The notes: generated from the sequence alone by a model not told the origin. A DNA stretch of 64,000 nt from Diplonema japonicum (GCA_964019335.1 OZ025651.1:310001-374000), one strand, 5' to 3'; counted from the first letter of the stretch, positions 32,898-43,832 are shown. Made by a program: numbers and translations.

Positions 32898-34213
32898 CCT
32901 TTACAAGGAGGGGAGGGTGGGGGGGTCCCTTTCTTTGCCCCACCTTTTCTTTTGTTTCTTTCGTAATAGGGTGGGGGGGATGTTATGGTTTGGGGATTAT
33001 AAAAAAAAAAAAAAAAAAAAACACACACTGAAGTCTTGAAAAAAAAAGAAGAAGAAAAAAAAGAGGAGTAATTCACTTAATACCCAAGAAAAGTGCAGAA
33101 AATTCACTTACTGAAGCTGGTTGGGACTTTTTTTTGGGGGGGAGGGCTTTTTCTTTTCCTTCGAAAGCAAAGGGCGAACACCCACCTGGGCAGAATGCAA
33201 GCCAGCGGTGTGCACGCCGAGTGGGCCCTGAATGGAAAGACCATTCTTGTGTGGCCTTTTTTTCTTAGCTATATTTACAGCCCTGTTCAGCCCCTAGACT
33301 CGACTTTCTTGGATACTGGGTGAATTACCCCCCCAAAAAAAATACTGTAAAAAAAAAAGAAAATGGGAATAAAAAAAAAAAAAGAAGAAAATAATTTCGG
33401 GTCTGCAGATCTGAACAAATTCTTGAGCGATAACATAGAAAGAAAGAAAAAACTCGGTCAGTTTGTCAGTCAGGCACTTTTCCCTTTTTTTTCCTTCTTG
33501 TACTTTTTTTTTTTCCTTACAGTTAAAATAAGAGTAAAGCGCGGTCTTCATCACAAGGGGGGCATTTTTTTTTTTTTTTTCCTCTTTTTTTTGTATATTT
33601 CTTCTTGCACCCACCAGGGTGATTAGCATCACGAAGAAAATGGATAAAGGGGGAGAGAGAGGAAGTGGGAAGGGGGGAGAACGTAAAAATTTATTTTTAT
33701 TTTTCTTTTTTTTTTTGTTGCGTGTTTTCTTCACTTATTTTCTTTTTTTTTTTTTTTTCCGTGCGAAAGAATACGTTGTTGGGGGGAGAGTAAATTTTTT
33801 GGAAAGGGATAAAAAAGAGAAAAAAAAAAAGGAAAAGGAAATGGAAATGGAAAAGGGAGGGGGTGGGATACCTCTTCTTTTTTTTTTTCTTGAAGCTTTT
33901 GCTACTCACCACCCGTTTCGGCCCAATTAAACAAAATGAAATAAAAAGAAGGTTTCCTGCGGTACTGAGACAGCGCATCTTTCGAAAGCCTTCCCCCTCC
34001 CAGAAAAAAAAGAGAACAAAAAAAAAAAAAAAACGAAAAAGAAACAAAAAAAAATTCTTTCTCATTTTCTTTTTTCTTTCTTCTTTTTTTTTTTATATAT
34101 AAAATTTAGAAATCAAACGTCCCAGCGGCATGAATGGCCGCCGGCCCCTTGGAGCTCGTCGAGAATCTGTGGGTAGTTTTTTTTTTTTTTTTTTTTTTTT
34201 TTTTGTTATTTAA

Positions 34214-36014
34214 CCATCTACCAACGGACCATTTTTGCCCACCAGGGGGTAAATTTTCAAAACCAAAAAAAAATTAAAGAGGTAAAAAAAAAAACGATTC
34301 TAGCGCAACGCCGGGGCTATATGCCCCCGGAAATGCCCACAGCAGGGCCCACCCCCACAACATTGTCAAAAATATCGTTCTTGAAGTGCCCGAGAGGGGG
34401 TACAAAAAACAAGTCAAAAGAAATCGACTGTAAAATTCTATAAAAACCTATTTAAGGCCTTCTTGACGCGGTTCGTACGTGCCCCAGGGCTGGGGGACTT
34501 CTTTTTTGACCCCGAGAGGGGTTTCTGGGGGGTATCCCCGGCAAGGTAGTAGTCTTTGAAGCACGGAGTCACGCAAAGTTGTACCAAGCAGGCTGAACAC
34601 TGAAATAGGGGTCTTTTCGACTTGCAATGCTTGCACCGCACGTTGCACTACTTTTTCGGGGAAATGGTCCCAGAAGGTACTGTCGCGGTGCATTGGGGTC
34701 TCAGGGCACTCGTTCTGTGTTTCGGGGCATGGTATTGGGGCAGCCTGCTCTGTAGTTGACTTTAGCTGTTGTTTAGACAGCCTCCCTAGTAGCCCTTCGA
34801 TGACTGCCTCTTTGAAAGGCGTGAATCCACTGTCGTTCGTACTCAGGGTGTTGGGGGGCAATGCTTCTTTCCAAACAAGCCAAGCATTTGCCAGAGATTT
34901 ATCTAACAAGTACGAAAATACTTTCAGGGGCCACTTCGAAGTCATAAGGGTGCGTTTATGGCGTTTTCTCACAGCGTCACCCAGCGTCGGTTCCGCCCAT
35001 TGCGGTGTTGTAAATATGCACTTGGTGGGGAGTGGGATGTCCTTTCCGGCTTTCATTCTCTTTTGGCCGAGACGTCAAATTTGACTTCACCAGAACATTC
35101 AACGTCGACAGAAAGCGCACACAGGCTTGATGTCATGCCACGTTGTGGTGCAAAGGATGCTCACGTGCTGATGGAACTGGGTGTCCCCACAGGATGCGCG
35201 TCCTTGGGCTTGCGGCCTCGCTTCTTTGGGGCATCCGTGATATCCGGGAGGCCTTTGCGATAGGTAGAAGTCAGCACGCTTGTTTGTTTCGCTGTGGAAA
35301 CACAGATTTCCCAGAATAGTCAAAAAGCGGTCTCTTGACATGACGGTGGCGTACCCAGGGGTGTGGTTGAGAGGCGTGGAGCCTGTGCGCCAGTAGTCAG
35401 AATAATCTGGCTTGATATCCTAGTCCATCGACAAAAGGACACCTAGGAAGGTATGCAAAGAAGCAGCATTGAGATCCAGGGAAACACCTTTTTTAGCCGC
35501 ATTTGCCACATTGTTCGAAATTATGACCCAAATAACGTTTGGGGCGAGCATTTGGGAGAATATATGGAATGGCGTTGAGCCTCTGATGTCAAAACAGGGT
35601 CCACAAGGATTCCAATCTTCACGAAACCGGATGCCTTCCAACTGCTCCGGCTTTGCCGTCCAATCACCCTGCTGTGACTCGGAATCGGTCGAATTCGTAT
35701 CAGAATCACTGTCCGTACCAAAATTGCATAATAGGGATGAGCCATCAGTGCTACCATCACTCATAATGTCCTCTTCCGGCCTCTTTCTGGGTGCCCTTTT
35801 TTGAAGTGATTTTTTAAGGGTAAATTTGGTTTGGCGTTTTTCTTTTCTTTTTTCTTTTTCTTGTTAAGTTAGGGCAGCATTTAGTTTATATTTTTCATAT
35901 TTTCCACGCAAGACCCCGGCTGCAAGAAGTGGCCGGGCCGTATTGCATTGAAAGCCCTTTGCGCAAAAGATTTTTTTTTCAAATCGTCTCTGTAAGACGC
36001 TCGTTGGTAGATGG
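34214..36014 (-). mobile_element. piggyBac-like DNA transposon, internally deleted and decayed (1801 bp)
   Basis: Perfect 13-bp TIRs CCATCTACCAACG (34214-34226) and CGTTGGTAGATGG (36002-36014), each flanked by TTAA (34210-34213, 36015-36018). Contains transposase remnants. Confidence 0.92.
34438..35764 (-). pseudogene. piggyBac transposase pseudogene
   Basis: Fragments across frames: FLGVLLSMD*DIKPDYSDYW...MSRDRFLTILGNL (in-frame TAG at 35420-35422), WHDIKPV, YNTAMGGTDAG (frameshifted onto DAVRKRH...KWPLKVFSYLLD...NAW) and a C-terminal Cys-rich RCKHC...FQCSACLVQLCVTPCF. The central catalytic region is missing. Confidence 0.88.
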
Positions 36015-36063
36015 TTAATTCGAGCCGGGTTTTCAAGGGTGGGGGTGAAAACAAGATTTCACT

Positions 36064-37437
36064 CTATATCACGCTCAACCTTATAGAGAAACAAGGCCCA
36101 GGAATGACATAATGTACAGGAGTGATATAATGTGCAACAGGGAATTTTGACAAGTCAGGTTCAAACGGCTTTGTACAAAACAACAACCAGCCCGACTCTT
36201 TTTCTTTTTTTTTTGTATCCCCCTCCACAAACCTAACAATGGTCAATTTATCTTCAGTTGCCCACATTTCCTGTGGCATTTCGACGGCTGGTTCCGCAGG
36301 GTTGACAATCGGCTGTTTTTTTTTTTTTTTTTTTTTTTTTTCTTTTCTTTTTCCCCCTTTCCATACCGCGTTCCTCATCCTGTCCCTTGCCGGGGATCTA
36401 GACACAGGTTGCTTCGGGTTTGCCGCGAAAACCACAAGGCACTTCCCATGCACGTCCCTGGCTGCAATAACAGCATGTTGATTACTATCGCAGCCATCCA
36501 CTTGGAGGGTCACCTCGTCACCCACAATCGGTGTGGGCGATACCATTTGAACGTAAAAGACATCCTGCCTTACCTTACCTTGCTGCTTCCTGTTGACGGT
36601 GTTACTCCCCGCCTCTGGTTGTATATTTGCAGGGTGGTATCGAGTCACATCACCAGATCCAAAGACTTGAACACAGCATAGCCCCCGGTCATCCTTTCCA
36701 AGGTAAGTTCCTCTGTGGGTTTCTGAGGACAGTGGGTCCGATATCAAAACCACATTGTTTTGCGTGAGTTTCAGCTTCGGTCCCTTTTGAACAGGGAGCG
36801 GGGAGGGGGGCGGGGGCGGGGTTGGTAAAACCTTCTTTTTCGGTTTTTCCATCGTCTTCGAGATCTCTCTCTTAACTAGAGGCGACGGCGAGGCCGTTCG
36901 CCTAACTGATTTTTTTACAGCAGGTTTTCCATCTCGACAAAGATCGGTAATCATCATACTCGACAGACCGAAGGTTTGCTGTATAAAAACAACACCTTCC
37001 GACTCCCGCCCTGCCCATTTCTTGACAAACTCATCAGGGTCCGCCTTGGGGTTGAAACGGCTGTAGACTCGCTTCACGAATTTTTTGAAAGTTTTAAAAT
37101 CCGAGTTTGTGAGGAGCTTTGAGCCTTCTCTCTTGTGATGGTGGACCCTTAAAGGAGAAGGGTCATTCACGTGGACTTGTGTTTCCGGGACAGTTGCTGA
37201 GAAGGTTGTTTGTGTTTCCACTGAGTGTTGAAGGGGTTTCGCGTCCCTACCATACAGCCTTGCCAGCTCCTTTTGGGCCTCTCTCAACTTGTGTTCGCTC
37301 TGAATCAACCGGTTTTCCATCTCGATCAATTTCTTCTCTGCCAGCAACTCTTTGCATGCGTCGCCCCCTTGCAGGGAGCTGGCCGGTACCGCAGCTGCCT
37401 CCCTGGCTCTTTGTAATATTTCTCCGGGGGCAGTCAT
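36064..37437 (-). CDS. Hypothetical protein (coiled coil plus Pro-rich region); intron 36313-36366; 3' end unresolved, possibly a last exon at 34106-34166
   Basis: Start MTAPGE after an A-rich leader. VWKGGKRKEKKKKKKKKQ is a 54-nt GTATGG...A(n)CAG intron in phase 0. Confidence 0.65.
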   Translation of the reverse strand: MTAPGEILQRAREAAAVPASSLQGGDACKELLAEKKLIEMENRLIQSEHKLREAQKELARLYGRDAKPLQHSVETQTTFSATVPETQVHVNDPSPLRVHHHKREGSKLLTNSDFKTFKKFVKRVYSRFNPKADPDEFVKKWAGRESEGVVFIQQTFGLSSMMITDLCRDGKPAVKKSVRRTASPSPLVKREISKTMEKPKKKVLPTPPPPPSPLPVQKGPKLKLTQNNVVLISDPLSSETHRGTYLGKDDRGLCCVQVFGSGDVTRYHPANIQPEAGSNTVNRKQQGKVRQDVFYVQMVSPTPIVGDEVTLQVDGCDSNQHAVIAARDVHGKCLVVFAANPKQPVSRSPARDRMRNAVWKGGKRKEKKKKKKKKQPIVNPAEPAVEMPQEMWATEDKLTIVRFVEGDTKKKEKESGWLLFCTKPFEPDLSKFPVAHYITPVHYVIPGPCFSIRLSVI

Positions 37438-37755
37438 TTTTTTTCTTTTTTTGTGTTTGCCTTTTTTTTTTTTGTGTTGTTGTCGTCGTCGTCCAGAATA
37501 AAAGAGAAAACAAAAAAAATCAAAAACACTTTTTTTTTTTCCGGGGTTTTGTTTTTGGTGGTCGGGTGGGCTATAACAGATTTTTTTAACACTGCGCGGG
37601 AGGGGGGGGGGGGGGGGGGCGTAAAATTTTATATGAAAAAAAGGGGGGAGTGGTTTTGAGGGGGGTTTCAAAAAAAAAAAAAGAAAATGATTGACAAAAA
37701 GAAAATGAAAAAAAAAAAAAAAAAAAAAAAAACACTCGAGACCGAGAGGGGGGTA

Positions 37756-37999
37756 TCAGAGTTCCCTGCCCGGGAAATCAGTCATAAGCACCTTGTACTT
37801 CTTCTTAATAAGAACACGCTCTTTGCTGTACTTGTCATCAGGCGAGAATCTGGCGGGGTGGGCCGACTGAGTGGGCTTGTTAGTTGGGTCAACCTTCTTC
37901 AGCGTGTAGATTCTGATTTTTTTAATTTATTTTTTTTTGTTTGAAAAAAATTAGATACCTGTCACCAGTCTCGGGATCGGCGTACATCATGAGATGCAT
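37756..37999 (-). CDS. NOP10: H/ACA snoRNP protein Nop10; intron 37913-37958
   Basis: Spliced product [65 protein letters not shown] carries the YTLKK and [14 protein letters not shown] signatures. The 46-nt GT-AG intron is required to make it. Confidence 0.95.
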
Positions 38000-38671
38000 T
38001 TTTTTTTTTGTGTGCTTTTTGTGTGGTTTCCCCTTTTTTTCCTGGTTTTTTTCCCCCCACCCCTCCCCATTGCATAGAAGAGAGAGAAAAAACACAAATG
38101 AAAAAAAAAAAAAACAATCTTGTTGACGATAAGAAAAAAAAAAAAAAAAGAAACCCAAGAAAAAAAAGGAAAAAAAAAAAGAGAAAAGGGGGATAAAAAA
38201 AAAAGCGCACAAAAAAAAAAAGATGTCTTTGAAGGGAACCTGCAGTATGTGACAGGATCGCCTAAAAAAAAGAAAAGAAGTAGTAGAAAAACAATGGCCG
38301 AAAGAAGGATAAAGGGGGGAAAAAGAGAAAAGAAAAGGGGGGGAGAAAAAAAACCACTAAAAAACGCATAAAAAAAAAGAAATGAAAGGGGGGGAAATAA
38401 AGAATAGACACACTACCCGGGGAAGGGAAGAAAGAGAAGGGAAAAAATAATTGGGGGGAAAAGCACTTGTGCTTTTTTTTTTTCTTTTTTCTTTCCTTCT
38501 TTTACTTACTTCGAGTTATTCTTCTCTTAATCTTTTTGCTGTGCTTCCCCCCCTTCCTGCGACCTCTTGTACCTTGTTTTTTCCCCTCCTTTTTTTTTTT
38601 TTTTTTTTTTTTTTTGTGCTTCTTATCCCCCGATCTCCCCCACCCACTCAACTCAACAACGGAACAACAGC

Positions 38672-39774
38672 CTAGCAAGCAGAGGCAACAGCGGTGGCGA
38701 AGGCAGCGGAGTCCTTACCCTATTTTTTTTTTGTTTTTTTTTTTTGTTTTCTTTTTTGTTCACATACCCCCTTCACGTCAGAGGGAAGGGTACCCGCCTT
38801 GTATGTCTTCTCAAGGGCCGCCTGCACCTTACCCGCCTCAGCAGCGAGCCCCATGGCCTTGAGGGCCTGGGTCGCGGCGATGAGGAGACCAGTGGGGTTG
38901 CTGCCTACAAAAAAAAAAGTTTTTTTTGAAAAAAGATTTTCCCCCTCTTAGCATACTGGAGCCCATCGACGAAGAGGTGAAGATGGTGGCGTTGTCGGAC
39001 TTGTGGGTCTCGCTGGCCTGTAAAAAAAAAAAAAAAAAAAAAAAAAAATGCTTTCAAATTTTTCTCCATACCATGCCCGCACCACCTGCAATGCCAGACG
39101 CAAGGTTCTCGAAGTTGCTGGACGCAGAGTAGTCGGGCGCAACGATGACGCCAAGGTTCTTGGAGAACATGACAGCAGCGTTGCTGAGCTGCTGGCTGTT
39201 GACAACCTCGACAGAGACTTCGGCCTGGTTTTTTTTTTTTTTCTTTTTTTCTTTTTTTTTTTTTAAACACCTTCTCGGCGGCCTCCTTCACGGTGTTCAC
39301 GAACAGCGTGTTGTGCTCCTTGAAGGCGGACTGGGGCTTCTGGAAAACAGTGATCCTTGACGCGCCGGTCTCGGCGGCGAGTTCAATTGCGGCCTGCACC
39401 GTCTTTGCGATGTTGGCGCGAAGGAGCTCCACGTCAGAAGACGTGTCAATCCCAAGCTTTGCGAACTTGTCTACCTTCTCCGTCACAGGGACGGCGTCAG
39501 CGGTGGCAACACCGAGGGACCTCACCACAGAGAAGTCAGCGTCGTTGTAGGTCGCGTCAGGGTTCAGCTTCGCTGCCGCACCGGTGCTCCTGATGGTGGT
39601 GTGCACCTTCAGGCAATCCAGCTCGCTCCTCGCCAGGCCCCCAGCCATGCACACACCGTTCATATCAGCATGCTCTACCTGCTTGAAAGACACACCCACC
39701 TTGGACAGCACCTTCGACGCACCATCGAACGCAGCACACTTCGACGCAGACAGGAACGGGATGACTTTGCTCAT
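38672..39774 (-). CDS. Isocitrate/isopropylmalate dehydrogenase-family protein, probably a non-catalytic NAD-IDH subunit; four introns (39225-39270, 39018-39071, 38905-38956, 38720-38767)
   Basis: Splicing four GT-AG introns (46, 54, 52, 48 nt) gives a continuous frame with family text: ITVFQK, VIVAPD...NLASGIAGGAGM, NPTGLLIAA...AMG, LPSDVKGGKDSAAFATAV. Confidence 0.85.
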
Positions 39775-40061
39775 TTTTTTTTTTCTACTTTCTCTCCCTT
39801 CTTTTCTTTTTTGTTCCTCCTTTTTTTTTTTTTTATAATATCCTGAACCATGTGTAGAATGTGGGAAAAGGGAGGACAACATAGAAATAAACACAAAAGA
39901 AGAGGAAGAACAAAAAAAAAAAAAGGAAAGGGAGAAAACATACAATACAGAGATGGGAAAAGGCACCATTAGAGTGGATATTTCCCCCTTATAAGATGGT
40001 TTTTTTTATATGGAAATTGATAGACGGAAGGACGGGAAAAAAGAAGAAAGAGGGAGCTTCA

Positions 40062-40325
40062 CTACCTCAGGCTGGCGCGCGGGGAGAGTCGCTGGCCTTC
40101 TCTTTCCATGTGGTCCTCGAACACGCTGCGGGTGGTGTACTTGAGGTCGTGGGCCGTCCTGGTGCAGTCGTTAACGATGGACCCCGCGACTGCGACCTCT
40201 GTGGCATGTGCCATAACCATGCCTCTCTCCTTTGCCCTGTTGCTCCTCCAGATGTCCAGAGCCTCGGCCCTCGCAACATCTACTTGAGCTTGCTTGTAAG
40301 GGTGCAGTGAATAGTAGCCATCCAT
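40062..40325 (-). CDS. Small hypothetical protein (87 aa)
   Basis: GC-rich, homopolymer-free ORF on the gene strand, preceded by CAG-TAAA-ATG. Confidence 0.55.
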   Translation of the reverse strand: MDGYYSLHPYKQAQVDVARAEALDIWRSNRAKERGMVMAHATEVAVAGSIVNDCTRTAHDLKYTTRSVFEDHMEREGQRLSPRASLR

Positions 40326-40364
40326 TTTACTGTCTAAGGGAGGTTCAGGGCACTGGAATAGATA

Positions 40365-41384
40365 TCATAGCAGGGGTATGGGAAATGACAAAGGTAGATG
40401 TGAAATCGGAAGAGGTAATAATAAGTGGGGGTGGGGTGTGGGAAAGTTATCACATGTAAATGTGTCCACTGCCCCTCCTATTTTTTTTTTTTTTTATTGC
40501 ACAAAAAAAAAATCATTTTTTCTCACCGGATTCAGCGGCCAAGGACCCGGTCTCGGTCTTTGGAAGTATAATGGCCAGCCCACCCATCGAGGCACCCTCG
40601 CTGATCATTTCATCGCACATATCCAGCATGTTTCGCAACCTTGACATTTTTTTCCCCCTCCCCTCCTCCCCTCCCCCCTTTTTTTTATATTAGTAACATA
40701 CTTCAGAAACGAGGTCTTTTTGAAGTCCAACCGCACCTGGAGCGCGGTGAGGTCGCCCCTCCCACCAAACGGGCCTTTTAAAACCATATTATTGGGAGCA
40801 AGGTGGCTTGGAGACGGAAGCAGCCCTGTATTGGGTTCATGGGGACAGAGAACGGTGGTGGAACTGCAGTGTTTCGATGGGGTTTTGGGAAATGTGCATA
40901 GAAGCGGAGCCCAAGCACCACGTGCGGGAGAAATGGAGCCTGGGACGGCTAGGGAGCCGAACCACGACAGGACGTCGATGACAAGGCGGTTCCCCACAGT
41001 GCCGAAGCTTCTTGCAATGGGTACACCGGATCTATGGATTGCGAGTGACCGGGGTGTCACTCGGATTTCCCAGACAACGCCTCCCCGTCGGAGCGTGGCG
41101 GCACAGGGGAGCATTCCAGCCAAAGTGCTTCCAGCTTGTTTGTTAACGTACTCCCCAAAGACTCGCTTCAACCCCCTGCACACGCCCCCTAGGGCCATCA
41201 CGTCTGCTGTGTCCATGAAGTAAGCCACCACGTACCAAACGTCCTCCTGCCCCCCAAGCCCCGAGGATGTCGGTGCCGACCCTTTTCTTTGACACGTCTT
41301 CCCCGGCGACAACGTCTTTGTTATCGTCAGGTTAACCTCGCTGTTGCTGCGGACACATACTACAAGCGGCTGCTTTGCTACCAT
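40365..41384 (-). CDS. F-box-like hypothetical protein; introns 40640-40701 and probably 40478-40526
   Basis: DVWYVVAYFMDTADVMALGGVCRGLKRV resembles an F-box. A GTATGT...TCAAG intron (62 nt) joins FLK to LRNMLDMCDEMISEG. The final exon is tentative. Confidence 0.6.
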
Positions 41385-41665
41385 CTTTTCATTGCATTCT
41401 TTTTTTTTTTTCTCCAGGAGGGGTTTTTTGTTCTTCTTTTTTTGATTCTGTGAAGGGGGGGGGGGGGGGGGTGAAAAACACTGCAAAAAAAAACCTAAGC
41501 AAAAAGAAAAATAAAGAAAATCAGATGATGCGGAGTTTTTTTTTTTTTTTTTTTATGTTTCTTTATTTTTTTTTTTCTTTTTAAAAAGTGTTAAGAGAAC
41601 GACCCCCCACGAAAGAGAATGAGCGAAAAAAAAAAAAAAAAAAAAGGGGGAAAGGGGGAACACTT

Positions 41666-42051
41666 CTATAACAAGGCAGCGACCACCACCCCCACACCAA
41701 TGACGTTAATCGTCAGTTGCAAAGAACCATAAAACATAAGCCCCGTGCATATTGCTATGAGGCCAATGTTGTGATAAGTGGTGCAGGCGTCGCACGGGGG
41801 CCTATCCACCTTCCAAAAGGAAGCCATGAGGGCACAGAGGACTGGGATGGTGTAGAGCCTGTCATTAATGGTGTTACCAACCCCAGAAGGGGTGCAATCC
41901 GCCACACAGGAAAACACAGCAGGCACACCGGCAACCATGCCCAACAAAGTCACCGATGGGCTCCCGCCCCTTACAGCGTTCCATACTAGAGCGTAGGCCT
42001 GAATGACTACGACATGAACAACACCTGCAGCCGATAGGATGCAAAGAGCGC
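41666..42051 (-). CDS. 3' exon of a multi-pass membrane protein; 5' structure unresolved
   Basis: Several hydrophobic segments downstream of a candidate acceptor ACACAG. Upstream pieces could not be joined into one frame. Confidence 0.5.
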
Positions 42052-42155
42052 CTGTGTGAGTTTGTATGTATGGAAAAAAAAAAAAAAAACGAATGCGATT
42101 ATAATTCGAGACAAGGCAATGCTGCAAGTTATGACGATGATGGGCGCATGGAGAG

Positions 42156-42158
<3 letters not shown>

Positions 42159-42202
<44 letters not shown>
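42159..42202. repeat. 44-nt pure T run, the longest homopolymer I noticed; representative of many A/T/G/C runs in spacers and introns
   Basis: Directly visible. Confidence 0.9.
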
Positions 42203-42752
42203 CATTGAATACAATTACTCAAGAATAGAGCGGAAAGAAACTGAAAATAGAAGGAGAACGAGAGATAAAAAAAAGGGGGGGTGGCGGAAAGGAAATACGT
42301 TACGGCAGAAAGCAAAACAGCACCCCCATGGAACTGGAACTTCTTTTCAAAGGAAAGAAGAAAGAAAGAAAAAGAGGAAAAATACTCAAAAGGAAAGAAC
42401 CAGACTGTGTTATATCAGTTTTATCCAGTGCCGTTTACCCTCTTATTGTGGAATATACCTTATTTGAACATAGTATGAAACGGAAAAAGTTCCAAGTAAT
42501 TTAATTTCGTCTTATTGGGCCCCGTAGTCCGGTGCCAGAAGAATAATAAGAAGGTTTCCAAATTTCCATATTAAGCCCAAACGGTATGAAGAAAGAAGGA
42601 AAAAAACAAAAAAAGGAAAGAAAAACAAAAAAAGCTTCCCCCTCTTCCAAGGGTTGTGAACCCTCACAAGCAGTAATCAAAAAAAAAAAAGGATACGCAC
42701 GTAAGAAAGAAATATTGAAACACTTTTTTTTCCCCCCCCCATCTTTTCTCGT

Positions 42753-43832
42753 TTACAATTTTGCACTCTTGGTAGCTCCGGCCTCTTTTGCCTTGAAAAA
42801 CGCGCCTTCGATGTTTAGAGAAAATCGTTTTGTTTGCCTGACGACGTTGACCCTGGACTGGAACCCCATTCTGTCCATGGTGTGGGAGAGGAAGTGAGAT
42901 TTGAGAACGGCTTGGTTCTCAGGGTTTTCAATGAAAAACTCATTGTTTAACACATTGTCACCAGCAATGACGACACCACCAAGAACAAACCCCATAGACA
43001 TGTCCGAGGCAAGGGAGAAGAGGTACTTGTAGTGGATAGAGAGGGCGGAGACTGCGGTGGCACAGCCTGCTTGGGCCCGCTTTGCAACCTGGACTGGTTC
43101 TGTTAACACTGGAAGATTCTTGCCCTCAGACACTTTCTCCCAGCACCTAACCAATCCCGCGCCACCAACGATGTCTTCGTACTCAGCGAGCTTATCCTTT
43201 TTGTACAGCTTTTTCCCTAGTTCGAACAGCCAGTCTCGATCTTCACTTTCAGGCACGATGGTTGTGTGCCCAAACTCTACAGGCATCACCCCAACTTTCC
43301 CGTCTTTGTAATACGTCAGCCCTGTCCCGCACCCCGTTCCTACAGCAAGCACGAAGTATGGCCCGTTCTCAAGGTTCATCCTCTGTTCCTCGTGCGGGCC
43401 CCACATTTTTGTGAAATATTGGGGGTATCTCCCATCTTCCGACAAAGCGGCGATGCCATAAGCAGCGGCTTCTAAGTCATTGAGGAGAACGGTTCTGCTT
43501 GGGGGGAACAGACCGGTGGGCAGTGCCGATTTTTTCAAGAGTCGTTCTTCAGGTGTGTAGTTGCTGAAGGGGCCCAGAACGCTTCCGTCGTAGTTCCTTG
43601 GTCCCGGACCGGCGATGGCGGTGCCTGCCACTGTCGCGTTGCGTAGCACGACTGTCTCGACATCCTTTAGGAACCCCATCAAGCTCTTCATCGCGTTCAG
43701 TTTTCGGACCGTTACCTTGCCTTTGCCATCCTTCCCCATCACAGCCACTCTGGCGTTTGTCCCACCGATGTCCACAGCCACCCACACCTCGCCATGCATG
43801 GCCATCCCGCTTGGCGCGTCGACGTTTTGCAT
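42753..43832 (-). CDS. Glucokinase (bacterial/kinetoplastid group A type) with C-terminal PTS1 (AKL)
   Basis: VDIGGTNARV, AGPGP, LLNDLEAAAYGI, GTGCGTG, PVEFGH, EYEDIVGGAGL; ends ...SAKL*. Confidence 0.92.
   Translation of the reverse strand: MQNVDAPSGMAMHGEVWVAVDIGGTNARVAVMGKDGKGKVTVRKLNAMKSLMGFLKDVETVVLRNATVAGTAIAGPGPRNYDGSVLGPFSNYTPEERLLKKSALPTGLFPPSRTVLLNDLEAAAYGIAALSEDGRYPQYFTKMWGPHEEQRMNLENGPYFVLAVGTGCGTGLTYYKDGKVGVMPVEFGHTTIVPESEDRDWLFELGKKLYKKDKLAEYEDIVGGAGLVRCWEKVSEGKNLPVLTEPVQVAKRAQAGCATAVSALSIHYKYLFSLASDMSMGFVLGGVVIAGDNVLNNEFFIENPENQAVLKSHFLSHTMDRMGFQSRVNVVRQTKRFSLNIEGAFFKAKEAGATKSAKL

Noticed and set aside
32894-34102. ORFs rich in poly-K, poly-F, poly-G or poly-P in spacers, and such N-terminal extensions on real genes
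   Set aside because: They are translations of homopolymer runs.
35420-35422. In-frame TAG in the transposase, and genes ending at GTA-TGA, as possible stop-codon reassignment
   Set aside because: The transposase also has frameshifts and a deletion. GTATGA cases are intron donors, and all three stops terminate well-supported genes.
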